Shown: piece after piece, positions 36,201-47,668 of the stretch | How the letters are laid out: each line of letters begins with the position of its first letter | Numbering within the stretch: the stretch's first letter is position 1 | Origin: Schizosaccharomyces osmophilus | Taxonomy: Eukaryota | Length of the DNA: 64,000 nucleotides | Reading direction: 5' to 3' | Assembly (NCBI RefSeq): GCF_027921745.1 | Contig: NC_079238.1 | Span: 2,852,001-2,916,000, forward strand | Notes under the pieces: generated by a model | The model's input: only the letters and a program-made list of their open reading frames with translations | What the model was told of the DNA's origin: nothing | The model's database searches: none | Translations under genes and position numbers: made by a program

Positions 36201-36307
36201 ACGAGCTTCAATTCCCCCAAAGTTCCTCCTATTCCTTTTCCCATCCTAATCCCCAAAATCCAATTAAAAAACCTTTCATGCAATACCAGTTTTTTCATCC
36301 AGATTGA
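33230..36307 (+). CDS. ppk31: Rim15/Greatwall-family Ser/Thr kinase
   Basis: PAS-like N-terminus, C2HC finger CYFCE..HTDSC, kinase motifs YALK, HRDIKPAN, DLG, GTPNYMAPE with an activation-segment insert, AGC tail (HPFF..GPFVP). Confidence 0.85.
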   Translation: MTVPEEMKKILLHELLLNIEINSEGDVRYANSAFYRFIGKTISDPLLQPPCNFYDCITKTSVPRVQRAIQMLFNGSTKITHFQTSLLCSTNMAPTMFMNSKDYEISPDQEKIGVKLAFRGILVDALEGKESRILWSAKCLYPERYHISHMDFVLFNTLGIGSFVLQNYVERAHKVKYMHSPPPVSHLCYFCERRIPDWYYEVHTDSCLVWSELVQIVLDIRKQIQIKKVELLKYSQLLPRATSVISEETYLTLPIISVLQTKSGKYKRFRLKSWHSCIKFLDRQLIAAEQTFEELGKSTFLVISKELAIEMKEKVMKKALLLWKFDFLSPCKIQSFFHEVHSLLTLSLKYNLKLCNHNMIHGITFQEVKHFLLRYLRNYLCLNLNSIDYEIFSGDTKLITTIHNQSHRQGYRDPNLSKVDLILSESRVIPDQLPQFNTNNNLVRPSYGKNGRYYHSFDDSDKLKEIILKNLNKKLASKPRKNSLDDQETHSIRNYQELVEQLYFPIIDNTTSALRLPKYKDLKFGDKTPRSLKEFTFVKEINRGASSRVYLVKKNSTGIYYALKAIPKSGLNDIDKLKGLMYEKANMEIQKYGSRIVKIYYAFESEGFFCLVMDFFNGGDCQTLVEKLGSLPEQWVQKYVAELLEAVEILHRLDIIHRDIKPANMLIDHNGHIRLADLGLSDNKDRRIDGDTFYQEKINQLKEIPHEGARKQLIEVLNDQARNEIDLTKRKTNEEEFDPFQRLIDVDFGNLNRAMSQVFRARLKVNFPGELKSGKSIIGTPNYMAPEVLSGMESPMSDMWAIGCVLFEMLTGKIPFQSNTIQGVWDRIQRNDVGWANDSDEQHSSEAIDLTKKLLESNPERRLSINGFSEIKCHPFFNGIDWDHLYDEKGPFVPKTDNIEDLIYFERSNSTSFIKDRMTTRSHYQTNLNSSDLVRNHIEQHHIIRDSCTGLEYDSQNTYNDIVELAIQASSGMNLKALNFSNKNVLWEISDELQFPQSSSYSFSHPNPQNPIKKPFMQYQFFHPD

Positions 36308-36702
36308 GAATTCACTATAACCGGCCTGAAAAATCTGGGAAAGGGAACTTCCTTCATCTGTATAGTTCGGTAGTAGAAGTTCTTCAAGGAAAATAAAATT
36401 AGCTTTTTCTCATCATTATGAACCCTTCATCTTCAATTAGATGTTTCAGACGAGAGCGACCAACATACAAACTATTTGTTGACTTCGCTACATGTGTTAG
36501 CAGATGGTTGAAAAGTGCTGTGAGTAGTAACTTGGAATAGACTAAAGGCAAACCTTCTTTATAAATTAAACGAGGCTTTATTAAAAGGATATACGTAGAG
36601 ACGAATTTCAGTGCTGGACTAAACACACAAGGATACACTAAAGTAAACAACAGAAAGCGATCTACTAAGTCCCAAACACCTGGGTGAAGACAGGTTTGGA
36701 AA

Positions 36703-38172
36703 ATGCCTGACAGGTTATTCAATAGAAAAAAAGGAAATGCATTTGAAAACTCAGAAGATTTTAGAGAATCAACATCTCGACCTTTATTGAGACGCTATAT
36801 GTTAGCTGTTGTGGTGTTCTGCATTGTTGCAATTGGCGTCTTCAGGGCAGCTATATCGTCTCATTCCAATAATATTTTATTTCCGAACAAAGGTTCACCC
36901 CTTAGCAATGGAACAAACTCCTTCCTTCCTACTGTTATCATGATTTCTTTGGATGGATTTCGAGCAGACTATATGTATCGAGGTCACACACCCAATTTGC
37001 TTCAGTTGGCTGAAAGGAACACTCATGCACCATTCATGATACCAGTTTTTCCTAGTATAACGTTTCCTAATCACTACTCTCTAGCGACTGGACTTTATCC
37101 CGAAAACCACGGTATGGTTAGTAACAACTTTTACGATCCTATTAGTGGAAAGTATTTTGTAAATACCCGTCCGGAATGCAACAATGATCCATATTGGTGG
37201 ACGCAGGCAGAACCAATATGGATCAATGCTGAACGACATTCGATTCGTTCTGCTATCCACATGTGGCCGGGAAACGAAGTTGCTCATGATGGGATACGGC
37301 CCACTTATTACACATCGTTCAATGCTAGCATAACTCTTAACGAAAAAAAGGATGAACTTCTTCATTGGCTTGATCATACAGACGATACACGACCACAATT
37401 GCTTATGTGTTACGTGCCTCACGTTGATTCCGTTGGACATACCTTTGGACCAGATTCGCCGCAGCTCAACCTGATTCTGAAAGAAGTTGACCACATGATT
37501 GGTAATTTGCTTGAAGGTCTCAGTAAAAGAAACTTACAAGACGTCGTAAACCTAATATTTGTGAGTGATCATGGTATGGCTCCTACATCAAATGATCGCT
37601 TGCTTTGGTTAGATGATCTTTTCAACGTTTCAAAAGTTGAATTTAGAGACGGTTGGCCCTTGGCTGGCTTTCGAAGTGAATCTGAATCAGACGAAACCTA
37701 TATTGCTGATAGCTTAAAAAATGCAACTTCCAAAGCGTTGCCGGGAACTGAGTATTGGCAATCCTCAACAAAAGAAGAAATACCAGAAAATTTGCATTAT
37801 TCAAAGAATGATAGAATTGCTCCTGTTTGGATGATACCTGATCCAGGCTGGTCAATCGTCTCCTCTTTAGACCATTCTCCTGATGTTGAGTATGAGCCAT
37901 ATGGCGTTCATGGTTATGATAATAAATCCCCCCTAATGAGAGCTATATTTACTGCATTTGGTCCCGCCTTTGAGCCGTTCAAATCGAAACAGTTAATGCC
38001 TTTCCGTAATGTTGAAATTTACGATATAATCTCTTATATATTGAACCTACCGGCCAATATTACCAATAGTTCATTTCATGGTGCCATACCTACCAAGAAA
38101 TCCTCAAATTCTACGAAAGAATGGTTACTTCACGACATCCAACAAGCGTACGATGAGCTCAAGGCTCGTTAA
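36703..38172 (+). CDS. Type II membrane nucleotide pyrophosphatase/phosphodiesterase (NPP)
   Basis: N-terminal TM; ISLDGFRADY, FPSITFPNHYSLATGLYPE, DSVGH, VSDHGM, GVHGYDN. Confidence 0.92.
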   Translation: MPDRLFNRKKGNAFENSEDFRESTSRPLLRRYMLAVVVFCIVAIGVFRAAISSHSNNILFPNKGSPLSNGTNSFLPTVIMISLDGFRADYMYRGHTPNLLQLAERNTHAPFMIPVFPSITFPNHYSLATGLYPENHGMVSNNFYDPISGKYFVNTRPECNNDPYWWTQAEPIWINAERHSIRSAIHMWPGNEVAHDGIRPTYYTSFNASITLNEKKDELLHWLDHTDDTRPQLLMCYVPHVDSVGHTFGPDSPQLNLILKEVDHMIGNLLEGLSKRNLQDVVNLIFVSDHGMAPTSNDRLLWLDDLFNVSKVEFRDGWPLAGFRSESESDETYIADSLKNATSKALPGTEYWQSSTKEEIPENLHYSKNDRIAPVWMIPDPGWSIVSSLDHSPDVEYEPYGVHGYDNKSPLMRAIFTAFGPAFEPFKSKQLMPFRNVEIYDIISYILNLPANITNSSFHGAIPTKKSSNSTKEWLLHDIQQAYDELKAR

Positions 38173-38267
38173 GTATGCAAAAGGAATGATAAAATCCATA
38201 TTTTTATTTATATTGTTCACTTTGTTTTAACGACTAAATCCGAAGTTTCCTCGTCAGAGATAGACGA

Positions 38268-40025
38268 TTATAGTTTCGCGTTTAGCTTTTCATCATCCAT
38301 CCATGCAAAGTTCTATAGCAAAGTTAGCAATCCGTCTTACAAGACATTCTTTAAGGCCAATCATACCAATATTTTGTCCATCTCAGGATCTACCATTACA
38401 TTAATCAAACACGTAGTCTTCCTTCCCCAAGAATCTTGAATTGCATTCTTCAAATCATTAACATTCGTAACAAAGTAGCCTGTTCCACCGCACGCTTCAC
38501 AAATTAAATCATATCGAACTGCAGGAGACAGGGCTGTCGTGGGAAGTTTATGATGACTCTTTAATTTCTTAAAATTTGATTCATCCAAACCATGATATAC
38601 ACCGTTGTTATTTATTATGATGATCAAAAGGTCCAAGTTGCTACGAATTGCAGTCTCTAGTTCTATTGCGCTAAATCCAAAAGCACTATCACCTTCTACC
38701 GCAACAATTTTATCGTGAGGATTGGCCACTGACGCCGCAATTGAATAGCCAAGACCAACGCCCATGGTAGCCATTGTTCCGCTGTCTAGTCTGCCACGGG
38801 GATGAGTTACTTCCAGGATCCTGCGTCCTTTGTCCAAAGTGTTTGCTCCTTCAGAAACCCAGGTTACATTTCTCTGTGTATCTTTCACCAGAGATTTAAC
38901 AGAATCGTTGATGACAATTAAAGCGCTTTCCATTTGTAAAGGCATATCTTTTTTTAATAACTGCGAGCCTTTAGACTCATTTTTTTTGCGATGCTTTTGA
39001 AGCATACTAAGGTAGGAAGATTGTTCATAGCAATAATTCCAGGTTTGTAGAGAATCGATTAAACGAAGTAAAGCCAAGTCGACATCAGACCAAATTCCCA
39101 AGGAAACATCACCGCCATTACTACCCAATTCCTCGGCATTAGAGTCTATTTGAATAAATTTTACATCCTTTGACCACCGTGGAGAAAAGCCAAAATGTAG
39201 TACCCAATTCAATCGAGCGCCGACCAGTAAAACAACATCAGCATTTTTTAAAGCAGTTGATCTCGAAGATGAAAAGTTTAACCAATGATTCTCTGGTAGT
39301 ACACCTTTGCCCATTGGAGTTGGTAAGAATGGTATGTGTGTTTTTTCTATAAAGGTCAAAATACTTTCTTCGGCGCGTGCATAAGAAGCGCCTTTTCCAA
39401 TAACAACCAAAGGCGATTTTGCATTTTTTAAGATTTGTGCAGCCTTCTGAATCCGCGTAGGATCGGGTCCACACTCCAGGGGATGAGGAACACAGGAGAG
39501 GGATTTCCAGGAAGACTCTTGAAGTGAGGATTGAATAAAGTCGGCTGGAAGATCAACGTAGCAAGGACCCGGTGTTCCGTTAATAGAAACATGGTACGCC
39601 CTATGAATCAATTCTGGAGTCATGGTCGCTGTGGGAGGTCGTAAAGCAAGCTTTGTACTTTGATTTAGATATGCCACTTGATCTAACTCTTGAAATGCTC
39701 CCCTGTATCGCTGTGATGTAGCGCTAGAACCAGCCATGAGAAGTAAAGGCCAACGGTTAGCTGAAGCATTGAAAACACCTGCCAAAGCATGCACTACGCC
39801 AGGACCACCAACAACTATACAAATACCGGGTGTTTTGGTCAAGTATCCGTAAGCGGAAGCAGCATAAGCTGCACTCTGTTCATTACGAAATCCGATAAAA
39901 TGAATTCCAGCTTTTTGAATAGCTTCACAGACCTCAATAACAGGAATGCCAACAATACCAAAAACCACTTTGACTTTTAAGTCAAGCAAAGTTCGGGCCA
40001 CAACATCTGGAAAAGGAACACTCAT
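38268..40025 (-). CDS. TPP-dependent 2-hydroxyacyl-CoA lyase / oxalyl-CoA decarboxylase family protein with PTS1
   Basis: [31 protein letters not shown]. Intron 38366-38313 (GTATGA..GCTAAC..TAG) adds [14 protein letters not shown]. Confidence 0.9.
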
Positions 40026-40618
40026 CGTACAGTATAACTTTGCATACAAAAAGGGCGATAAACACGTCAAAATTTAGCTATTTGGTATAGCAAAACCAAT
40101 TTAATGGTAAAATACGCTGAAATTAGATTGTTGGAGATAAAATATAATATTTGAAATTAGATACTGTAAATGTGAAGGGAAGGATTTCGACATATACTTG
40201 ATAAACGAAAAATATTCCAAAAATAAAGTGAAGTTTAATTCGTACAACCACAAGTAATGTTACGTTGTTCAGAGCACATAGTGTTAATACTGGTTGCTAC
40301 GATAGTGAATTTTCAAAGTTGGAATATGAAAGAAACAGATACAAAGGTTTACAAATTGAGATACATATAAAATGAGAGAATTGAACAATAAAAATACGTA
40401 AAAATTCATAAATGTCTAGCTTGACCAAAATACGAGAACCAAAAATTGGGTAAAGTGTTTATGGTACATACACAGAGATCATAGAGATTATAAACTTTAT
40501 CACTTTAACTTCAGTGTCTGTTTGTGTAATCTTCACAACGGCATGAAAGCATCTCTCATATTGGATGCTGAAAGAGAACACACCCTGTTTGTAGGTGTGT
40601 TTGTGAGTTAGAACGATT

Positions 40619-41389
40619 TCAAACACTCACACGCTCTTCAGACCATTCCCCTGTTTCCAAACTCTTCTCATAAATTACGCGCTTTCCAGGAGGGGGATTC
40701 AAGTCGAGAAATTCAACACCTTGGACGTCACAAATAACCAGTCCAAAACGTCTCCAGGCGGCCTCCCAGCGGTTAGCAACCTTAGCCTCTTCTTTACCAG
40801 TAAGAGTAGCAGGAAGTGGTACCACAGGGACTTCCCCTTGATAATCGCTATATGTGACAGGATTGGCAAATGTAGAGCGCATGTTAGGACTATGGTGTTC
40901 CCAAATGCGACGACGTTCTTCTTCCCAAGACCATTCCTGAGGAATGCGTTTATTGTTTCGACTTAAATGTGAGGTTAGAAGATCTTCTTTCGGAAACTCA
41001 TTCTTCTCTGCGAGGTCAGGAGTGTAGAACCAAATTTGGCCCCAAAGGCGAACCTGTTGCATGGTTTTAGGAAGCCAGCTGCAAAGTTCAAAGGTATTGT
41101 GCATGGGACCCGTCGGTGTTGACTTTGCTTGACGAAGGGAAATATCCTTTGCTTTCTGCGATTCCACGTCTGTCGAAAACACAAGCAAATCTGTGTCTAA
41201 ATCATCCTTGTCAGTTTCCCATCCTGAGTTCAGGAATCCACGAATTGCTACAGTACGATTACGAGGATACTTGTCCCCTTCAGATGGTAAAGTAGCTAAT
41301 TGCATGTATTCAGGATGAAGGAGCCCCGAAGAGTCACTGTTGTCTTTCAATAGCTTAGTTAACTTTATTTTCCAGTCGTTCTCCATCAT
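40619..41389 (-). CDS. Pyridoxamine 5'-phosphate oxidase-like FMN-binding protein
   Basis: [38 protein letters not shown]; split-barrel PNPOx-like pattern. Confidence 0.8.
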   Translation of the reverse strand: MMENDWKIKLTKLLKDNSDSSGLLHPEYMQLATLPSEGDKYPRNRTVAIRGFLNSGWETDKDDLDTDLLVFSTDVESQKAKDISLRQAKSTPTGPMHNTFELCSWLPKTMQQVRLWGQIWFYTPDLAEKNEFPKEDLLTSHLSRNNKRIPQEWSWEEERRRIWEHHSPNMRSTFANPVTYSDYQGEVPVVPLPATLTGKEEAKVANRWEAAWRRFGLVICDVQGVEFLDLNPPPGKRVIYEKSLETGEWSEERVSV

Positions 41390-42920
41390 TTTTTTAACTT
41401 TGTTCCTGTACACTTCTAAATTGGTAGCTTTTTTATAGATTCCACCAGTCTGTCATATTGATGTCAGATACCACAACACATGCCACTGGTCTGAAAATGT
41501 GTCAGCTTGCGAAAATTTACGAAAGTCTACAAGCATGAAATCTTTCTAGGAGGATCTGACTATTAGAAGGACATGATACCATCAGCTAAAATCGTGGGTG
41601 AAACTTCCAACTTTATAAAAATCCAACAGGTCAAATTCTTATTTTTTCTAAATGCCAACAATCTTCGCGTCTACTTAGTCTGTAAGATACACATAAAAAA
41701 TGTAGGAATACCTGTATTTAATCTTACCCTGCATGAAAAATCACCGTCTTCCAAAGAATAGAGATAAATTACCCAGATATTCCCTATTTACTCTACAACA
41801 TTTAAATGTCATTTCTTCCTATGACGGCAGCACGTATAATAGGCAAAGCGCTCCGCCAAAGTTGATTTTCACTTATACTAATCAACCACATACATGCATG
41901 GCAGTTGTATAGTAAGCGATTTCGCCTTGGTCTAGTGTCTTCATATTGCGGTCCTGTCCAAAACATGAATACACACCACTTTTGCTTGGCCACAATACAA
42001 AAAGTGTAATGCAATCAGCCAAAAGTTCAAAGCTCAACAATGGGAGGACACAATCACTATAAAACGACCAAAACCGCTGTACCCAATATTCACCTCTTAA
42101 TAAATACATTAGATCCCAATTTTAAAATATAAAGGATGGTAAATCATCAAACTGAATTTAATATACAATTAACCTTTTTGCTCTCTTCAATCACTTTGGA
42201 GTAGATACAAATGGATAAAGCTTCCAAGTGAGAGTCTAAAAATTCAAGTTTCCCAAGCCATTGAAGACTGGTCCTTGATATAACCTTACTACCGTAGCAC
42301 ATTAAATATCAATATTTAGTTTTGCTTTATGAGTAAGACCATTTGCCAAAGCTCACCTTAATTAGACGTTTTGGCAAATTGAGTCACTTCTATACCTCAT
42401 TCTGGTAGGTATTTCACTTCTATGGCTCCAAATTTTTGATATGAATCCACCGCATTTCTATCAGAAAAGAATGTATGGAATCGAAAGTTTAGATGTAACA
42501 ACTTTTTCAAAATCCTTTAAAACTTATAATGGTCACATATTCAAAGTCATCAAGGGATATAAATGATGCATCAAGGTAGACTTTCTTTTATGATTGTTAA
42601 CCGACAGATTGAAAAGGAACCTCAAATCTTTTGCATCGTAAAATAAAAAATGTTAACGCATGCTGAACTGATGAAATAAACGAAAGATAATCAAATTAAT
42701 GGTCCAGAATTAAGTTTCCGTATTAGTAAACTTGGTAAATTCTGAACCACCAAAAAGCGTAAAAATTATTATTGGACTTCCATAATTCATTTCGAGAACA
42801 ATGGTAACAAACAGGCGAAAAGGGGGTTTAACGTACTAATGGTTTAAAGAAAACGCAAATGAACCATAAACTTATGCAAGAACAAAAAAAAAAACATAAA
42901 ACACTTAACAATAACCATTT

Positions 42921-43811
42921 TTAATGAATAAGATTCTGATAAAACTTTTCCAAATAAGAATGGACATCGCTATAAACATCCTCGACAGTACCTAGAGTTC
43001 TGCCAATGAAATCCAGAGCTATCTCTTCTGTAGGAAGGGTAAGTGCACCGTCCCTACTACGAAGGGCGCCATAATTTTGGATACGTTCACAAACTTTCTT
43101 CATTTCCGTAAGACCCAAGGCTGCAGAAGAGCCTTTCAAGAAGTGACCCAAAGAAGACAATTTTTTCAAATCCTTCCGCTTGAGTGCCTCATGTAATTCC
43201 TTAATAGTTGTTTCAGCTTGCTCAAAGTAGTTGAATACAATACTTTTGCTAAACTCGTGCTGATCATCATCATCCATCTCTAAGAGCTGATCAAAAGTTG
43301 CATGGTCAATGAGCTGCGGGTTTCGAAACATGTCGTCGTCAAAAGACATGTCATAAGCAACAAAAGAAAGTTCATCAGAGAGGACACCTTCTTTTACCAA
43401 CGCTTCGAGGGAAGCAATTGGCAGATTTTTCCCGTTTATTTTTTGATTGTTGAGATAATTGGATATGTCGATTTGTTGACTTATATTTTTGTCTTGCTTT
43501 TCGCTCCCCTCTTCAGAATTTTCGCTCAGCATGGAAGTTGAACTAGGCGACCCTTTCAAAGAAGACATTCGAGAAGTCATAGCCACGTAGGCTGGGCTGG
43601 AGGTTACTGGAAGTGAAGAATCGCGAACGTGGCTACTACTGGGGCATCTTTGATATACATGGGGTACCGCTGAACCTGATGGAGAGCGAGCCCTTTCAGC
43701 AATACCCGAGCTTTGCAATGTTCTAGCTAAGCTAGCCGCCTGAATTTGTTCATTTCTTTTTAAAGTTCTGTTTTCTGCATTGCGATCATAATTCGTGTTT
43801 GAATTCATCAT
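42921..43811 (-). CDS. mpr1: Histidine phosphotransfer (HPt) protein
   Basis: IDHATFDQLLEMDDD..LSSLGHFLKGSSAALGL..CERIQ; long N-terminal extension. Confidence 0.94.
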   Translation of the reverse strand: MMNSNTNYDRNAENRTLKRNEQIQAASLARTLQSSGIAERARSPSGSAVPHVYQRCPSSSHVRDSSLPVTSSPAYVAMTSRMSSLKGSPSSTSMLSENSEEGSEKQDKNISQQIDISNYLNNQKINGKNLPIASLEALVKEGVLSDELSFVAYDMSFDDDMFRNPQLIDHATFDQLLEMDDDDQHEFSKSIVFNYFEQAETTIKELHEALKRKDLKKLSSLGHFLKGSSAALGLTEMKKVCERIQNYGALRSRDGALTLPTEEIALDFIGRTLGTVEDVYSDVHSYLEKFYQNLIH

Positions 43812-44500
43812 TTATCAATAGTAACGACAACGAGGAACTCAGTAACTAAAGAGAATATATATATCCAAAAACCAACAGGATACGCCAAGCCTCGAACCAG
43901 CAAAGTTGATGTTTCTTAAAATGAGTTATTTGGCCTGTATAGAGCAGCCCTTCACGTCTCTAGGGATCGTGTAAATTTGGTGGTTGCTATTCGTTTGAAA
44001 TCCAAATCTTTAGCACAACGTCAGTCAGAAAGACAGAGTGCAGCTCGTTTTGAGAGAATATGGAAAACGTAATATAAACCCAAAATAACAAAAATTCTTG
44101 AGAAATTATGAATAGTACCTGTTTGTCCACTTTATGTAAAGCAATCCTTATAATAGAAAACCTGTTTGATGACCGATGAACAAAATTTTCAGTTAAAAGA
44201 CCAAAGGAGACATATACTTCCCAAAAATCCGAAGATCTTTACTTTGTCTTTTCTTTTTTTCCTTGTTTTCTTTTTTTTTTAAATAACAGTTTGAATTAAC
44301 CCTGTTTTAGCGCCTTCAAATGTAGAAAGCACCTATTTTCCCTTTTTCTGGTTATTTGATTTCAAAAAGAAAAAATTGGGCACGAAGAGCTATCTTCAAG
44401 TCTCTTCTGGAACAACTTCAACTCTTTTTATTCCTTTTATGTCGTAACTGAGGAATGCAAAGGATGAGTTCATCTATTCGCATAAAGGTACTGCTTGGCA

Positions 44501-44508
44501 ATGACGTA
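44501..44508 (+). promoter_or_regulatory. CRE/M26 element ATGACGT(A) upstream of mpr1
   Basis: Exact M26 heptamer about 700 bp upstream of the mpr1 ATG. Confidence 0.35.
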
Positions 44509-45186
44509 TGCAACAGGAAATTTAACTGATGGCTGTATATTTGAATCCATCTGACAATTATCAATCTTTAGAATATTATAGCATTAGATGAAATAATATA
44601 GTAAAAACTAGTGAAAAAATAGAAAATCAGTTTCACTTGAACGTGGGGCTAACCATTAGTTTCGGTCAGTGAAAAAAATAAATATAAATATAAAAAAAAA
44701 AAGCGAGAGCAAGAAAACGACTAGAAAGGGTTTCCTCTATTTTCAACAAAGACATAGGGAATGATAACAATCTTTATCAAGTGAATAAGAAGAAGGTTAA
44801 AGGATTTTAGCAGGTAGGATCAGACTTGCAATATGAAAGAGCGTTTGAAGACAATAAACGGATTGACAGAGAAATTTGAATTTTATTGATGTTTGTTTGG
44901 ATAAGCAGAAGAAACAAGGAATAGAATGTGAAAGGAAACCCCATAAAGCTTGTGAGTAGTAGCTTGCTTGGGTTTGTAGGAAAAAGCAACGAGTGGCTTA
45001 TTTTTAAATTGCTTAAGAATATAAAAAAACCGGTTTCAAGCAAATGTAATATCAACGTCCGTAGAAATCGGTTCAAATGGTTGGGTTATGTACAAAATAA
45101 ATAGCATAGTCCATCGCTGAGAAAAGTAAAGAAACGAATCGTAATTAAGCAAGCATCCAAAAAGAAGCAAAACAAAATTTCCTACC

Positions 45187-46509
45187 TTAATTAGAGGTAA
45201 CGGTATGAATTGCTTCAGCAAGGTAACGGACGTTGGAAGTGTTAATGCCAGCAATACTGATTCGACCATTCTTGGTCAAGTAAATGTGATAGTCCCTGCT
45301 CAAGGTTGCGACTTGCTCAGGCGTTAAACCGGTGTAGCAAAACATACCAATTTGGTCGGTAATATGCTTCCAGCCGTGTTTGCTTTTCAAATCATTTTCC
45401 AAAATGGAGCGCAAGGCTTGGCGCATAGAAATAATACGGCTAGCCATGCCCTTGACTTCGCCAGCCCATTGGGCACGAAGGTCGTTGTTCTTCAAAATAA
45501 ATCTGGCGATTCGGGCTCCATGGACGGGAGGGTTGGAGTAGGAAGCACGAACCAAGATTTTCAGTTGGCTTTCGAATCTGGCAGCTTCTTCGGGAGAGGC
45601 GGTCAAGGAACTAAAGCAACCTACACGTTCGCCATAAAGACCCATGTTTTTGGCAAAAGACTGGCACAAAAACATTGGGACATTGTTTGAGGCAAACAAT
45701 TGGGTGGCATAGGTGTCGCGTGCAAAGTCACCACTGGCAAAACCTTGGTAAGCCATGTCCAACAATACAAAATGACCCTTGTCGCGAACAACTCGGAGAA
45801 TGTCGTTCCATTGAGCATGTGTGGGATCCACTCCAGTAGGATTATGAGCACACGCATGCAAAAGGACAATGGAGCTGTTGGGAGCTTGTGACAAATCACT
45901 AAGCATGCCTTCGATGTCGAGTCCCTTTGTAATTGGGTTGTAGTAACGATACTCTTTGATATTTAAGCCTGCATTGCTAAACACATTTTTGTGGTTTCCC
46001 CAAGTAGGATTGGAGATGTAGATGTCTTTTGATGGATAAAACTTCGAAAAAAATCGAGACGAAAGGAGCAATGCACCTGTTCCGCTGACGGATTGGGCTG
46101 CAACCAAACGATTGCTTATGCTATCGTAAACATCACCATAAGCCATGCGTGTAGCTTCCTCACAGAAGCTGTTATCTCCCGTCATGGGCAAGTACTCCTT
46201 GTCCAGGTCTTGCTTCAAGATTTCAGCTTCCGCGGTGCGGACGCTGGGCAAAACATATGGCTTTCCCGTGTCATCTCGGTAGGCACCGACACCCAAGTTG
46301 ATTTTCTTGGGAAAACTATCTTTTTTAAAAGTTTCTGAAATACCAAAAATTGGATCAGGAGGGCCCATGGGCACATTGGCCCATCCTTGAAATCCACGCT
46401 GCAGGTTCAAGCCGGCAGTTTTCCCGCCGTTCATGAAGGCATACTGAAAAACAGCCTTATTCGTGACTCTACCTGTACTAGTCTTTACGAGCGAAGCCCC
46501 AGAAAACAT
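45187..46509 (-). CDS. maa1: Mitochondrial aspartate aminotransferase
   Basis: Presequence; GPPDPIFG, NLGVGAYRD, HACAHNPTGVDP, DMAYQGFASG, SFAKNMGLYGER. Confidence 0.95.
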   Translation of the reverse strand: MFSGASLVKTSTGRVTNKAVFQYAFMNGGKTAGLNLQRGFQGWANVPMGPPDPIFGISETFKKDSFPKKINLGVGAYRDDTGKPYVLPSVRTAEAEILKQDLDKEYLPMTGDNSFCEEATRMAYGDVYDSISNRLVAAQSVSGTGALLLSSRFFSKFYPSKDIYISNPTWGNHKNVFSNAGLNIKEYRYYNPITKGLDIEGMLSDLSQAPNSSIVLLHACAHNPTGVDPTHAQWNDILRVVRDKGHFVLLDMAYQGFASGDFARDTYATQLFASNNVPMFLCQSFAKNMGLYGERVGCFSSLTASPEEAARFESQLKILVRASYSNPPVHGARIARFILKNNDLRAQWAGEVKGMASRIISMRQALRSILENDLKSKHGWKHITDQIGMFCYTGLTPEQVATLSRDYHIYLTKNGRISIAGINTSNVRYLAEAIHTVTSN

Positions 46510-47358
46510 CGTGAAATCTCAGATTCTTTATTCGCTTGCTCCGGCGACCTTGCTGTGGATTGCTCTTGTTTAAATAATTACGCTCTTCAAAAATCACGTC
46601 TTTCGTTTCTTACAGAGCTTATCGAGCATTTACGAAACGGAACGAGCGCATGTTCCTATCACGAAACTATCAAAACAGATTCGTATGATGATAGACAAGG
46701 AAGTAGCCAAACGAAGATGCTTGTAAAAATTAAAAAAATTTTAAAAGACTTAGGCAAAATAAATTTAATAAAAAACCGAAAATTTTATTCAAAGCTCTTC
46801 CTCACCAGTCCGGTAAAAAAGGATGATTTCTTTTCCTTGTCCACAATTTCTTCAAATGCGCTAAAATTATGTCAAGCGAATCGCTTCCATAAAGAAATAA
46901 ACAAAAGACTTCAGGAACGAAAGGAAGAAAAATGTAAAAATCAATTGACAGAATAAGAAAAAAGAAAAGTAAAATTGAAGAGGTCATTCGATCACTTAGG
47001 TGGCTAGTTAACTCTAAAAGGGTCGTCATCGTAGTTATAATCCAACACAAATTTCGCTCAGCTGTAACTTTTCTTGAATTCTTTCATTTATAACTTTTGA
47101 ATTTTTCTTTGCTTTTTCACGGTATAAAAAGAAGGAACGCAATACGATCGCTGACATTCATTCCCTACTAAAATTTCATATTACCCATCTCTCCGATTTA
47201 ACAAACGCATCCAAACATTTATACCATTGCATCCAATTGTGAGCTTTTGCTAAATCATTGTTCAAAGAAATATTGTTTTCAATCCATACAAACTATTCAA
47301 CCTCATTTTATTCATTGCATGTTGCCAGCCAGGAACTTATATAAACGCTGGGCGCTGG

Positions 47359-47381
47359 TTTTTTTTTTTTTTTTTTTTTTT
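47359..47381 (+). repeat. Poly(T)23 tract
   Basis: 23 consecutive T directly after the GCTGG motifs and TATA box upstream of the KH gene. Confidence 0.9.
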
Positions 47382-47668
47382 AAATAAACATATTCTTTTT
47401 TTTTTCTTGTAGGATTACATTTTCTTTAAGAGTTTCTAAAACCGACAGCAAATTCCGTCTTTGCTTATACGTCCCGCTACTCTCAAACTGCATCTTAGAG
47501 AAACCTCGTTTCAATACAACATTCCTGAACGCGCTAATTTATCCCATGAATTATAAAGGAGAAGCTGGAACAATATTTATAAACAATTACTAACATCAAT
47601 TCAATTTTATTCGATTGATTTTTTTTTTCTTTTTTCCTGTGTTTGGCTTTCTTCTGCATTGATTTACA

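Noticed and set aside
41400..42900. 1.5-kb gap between the PNPOx-like gene and mpr1
   Set aside because: Only short featureless ORFs; most simply UTR and promoter sequence.
46387..46956. 189-aa plus-strand ORF overlapping the maa1 5' end
   Set aside because: Antisense/promoter overlap, Lys-rich AT-biased composition, no domain.
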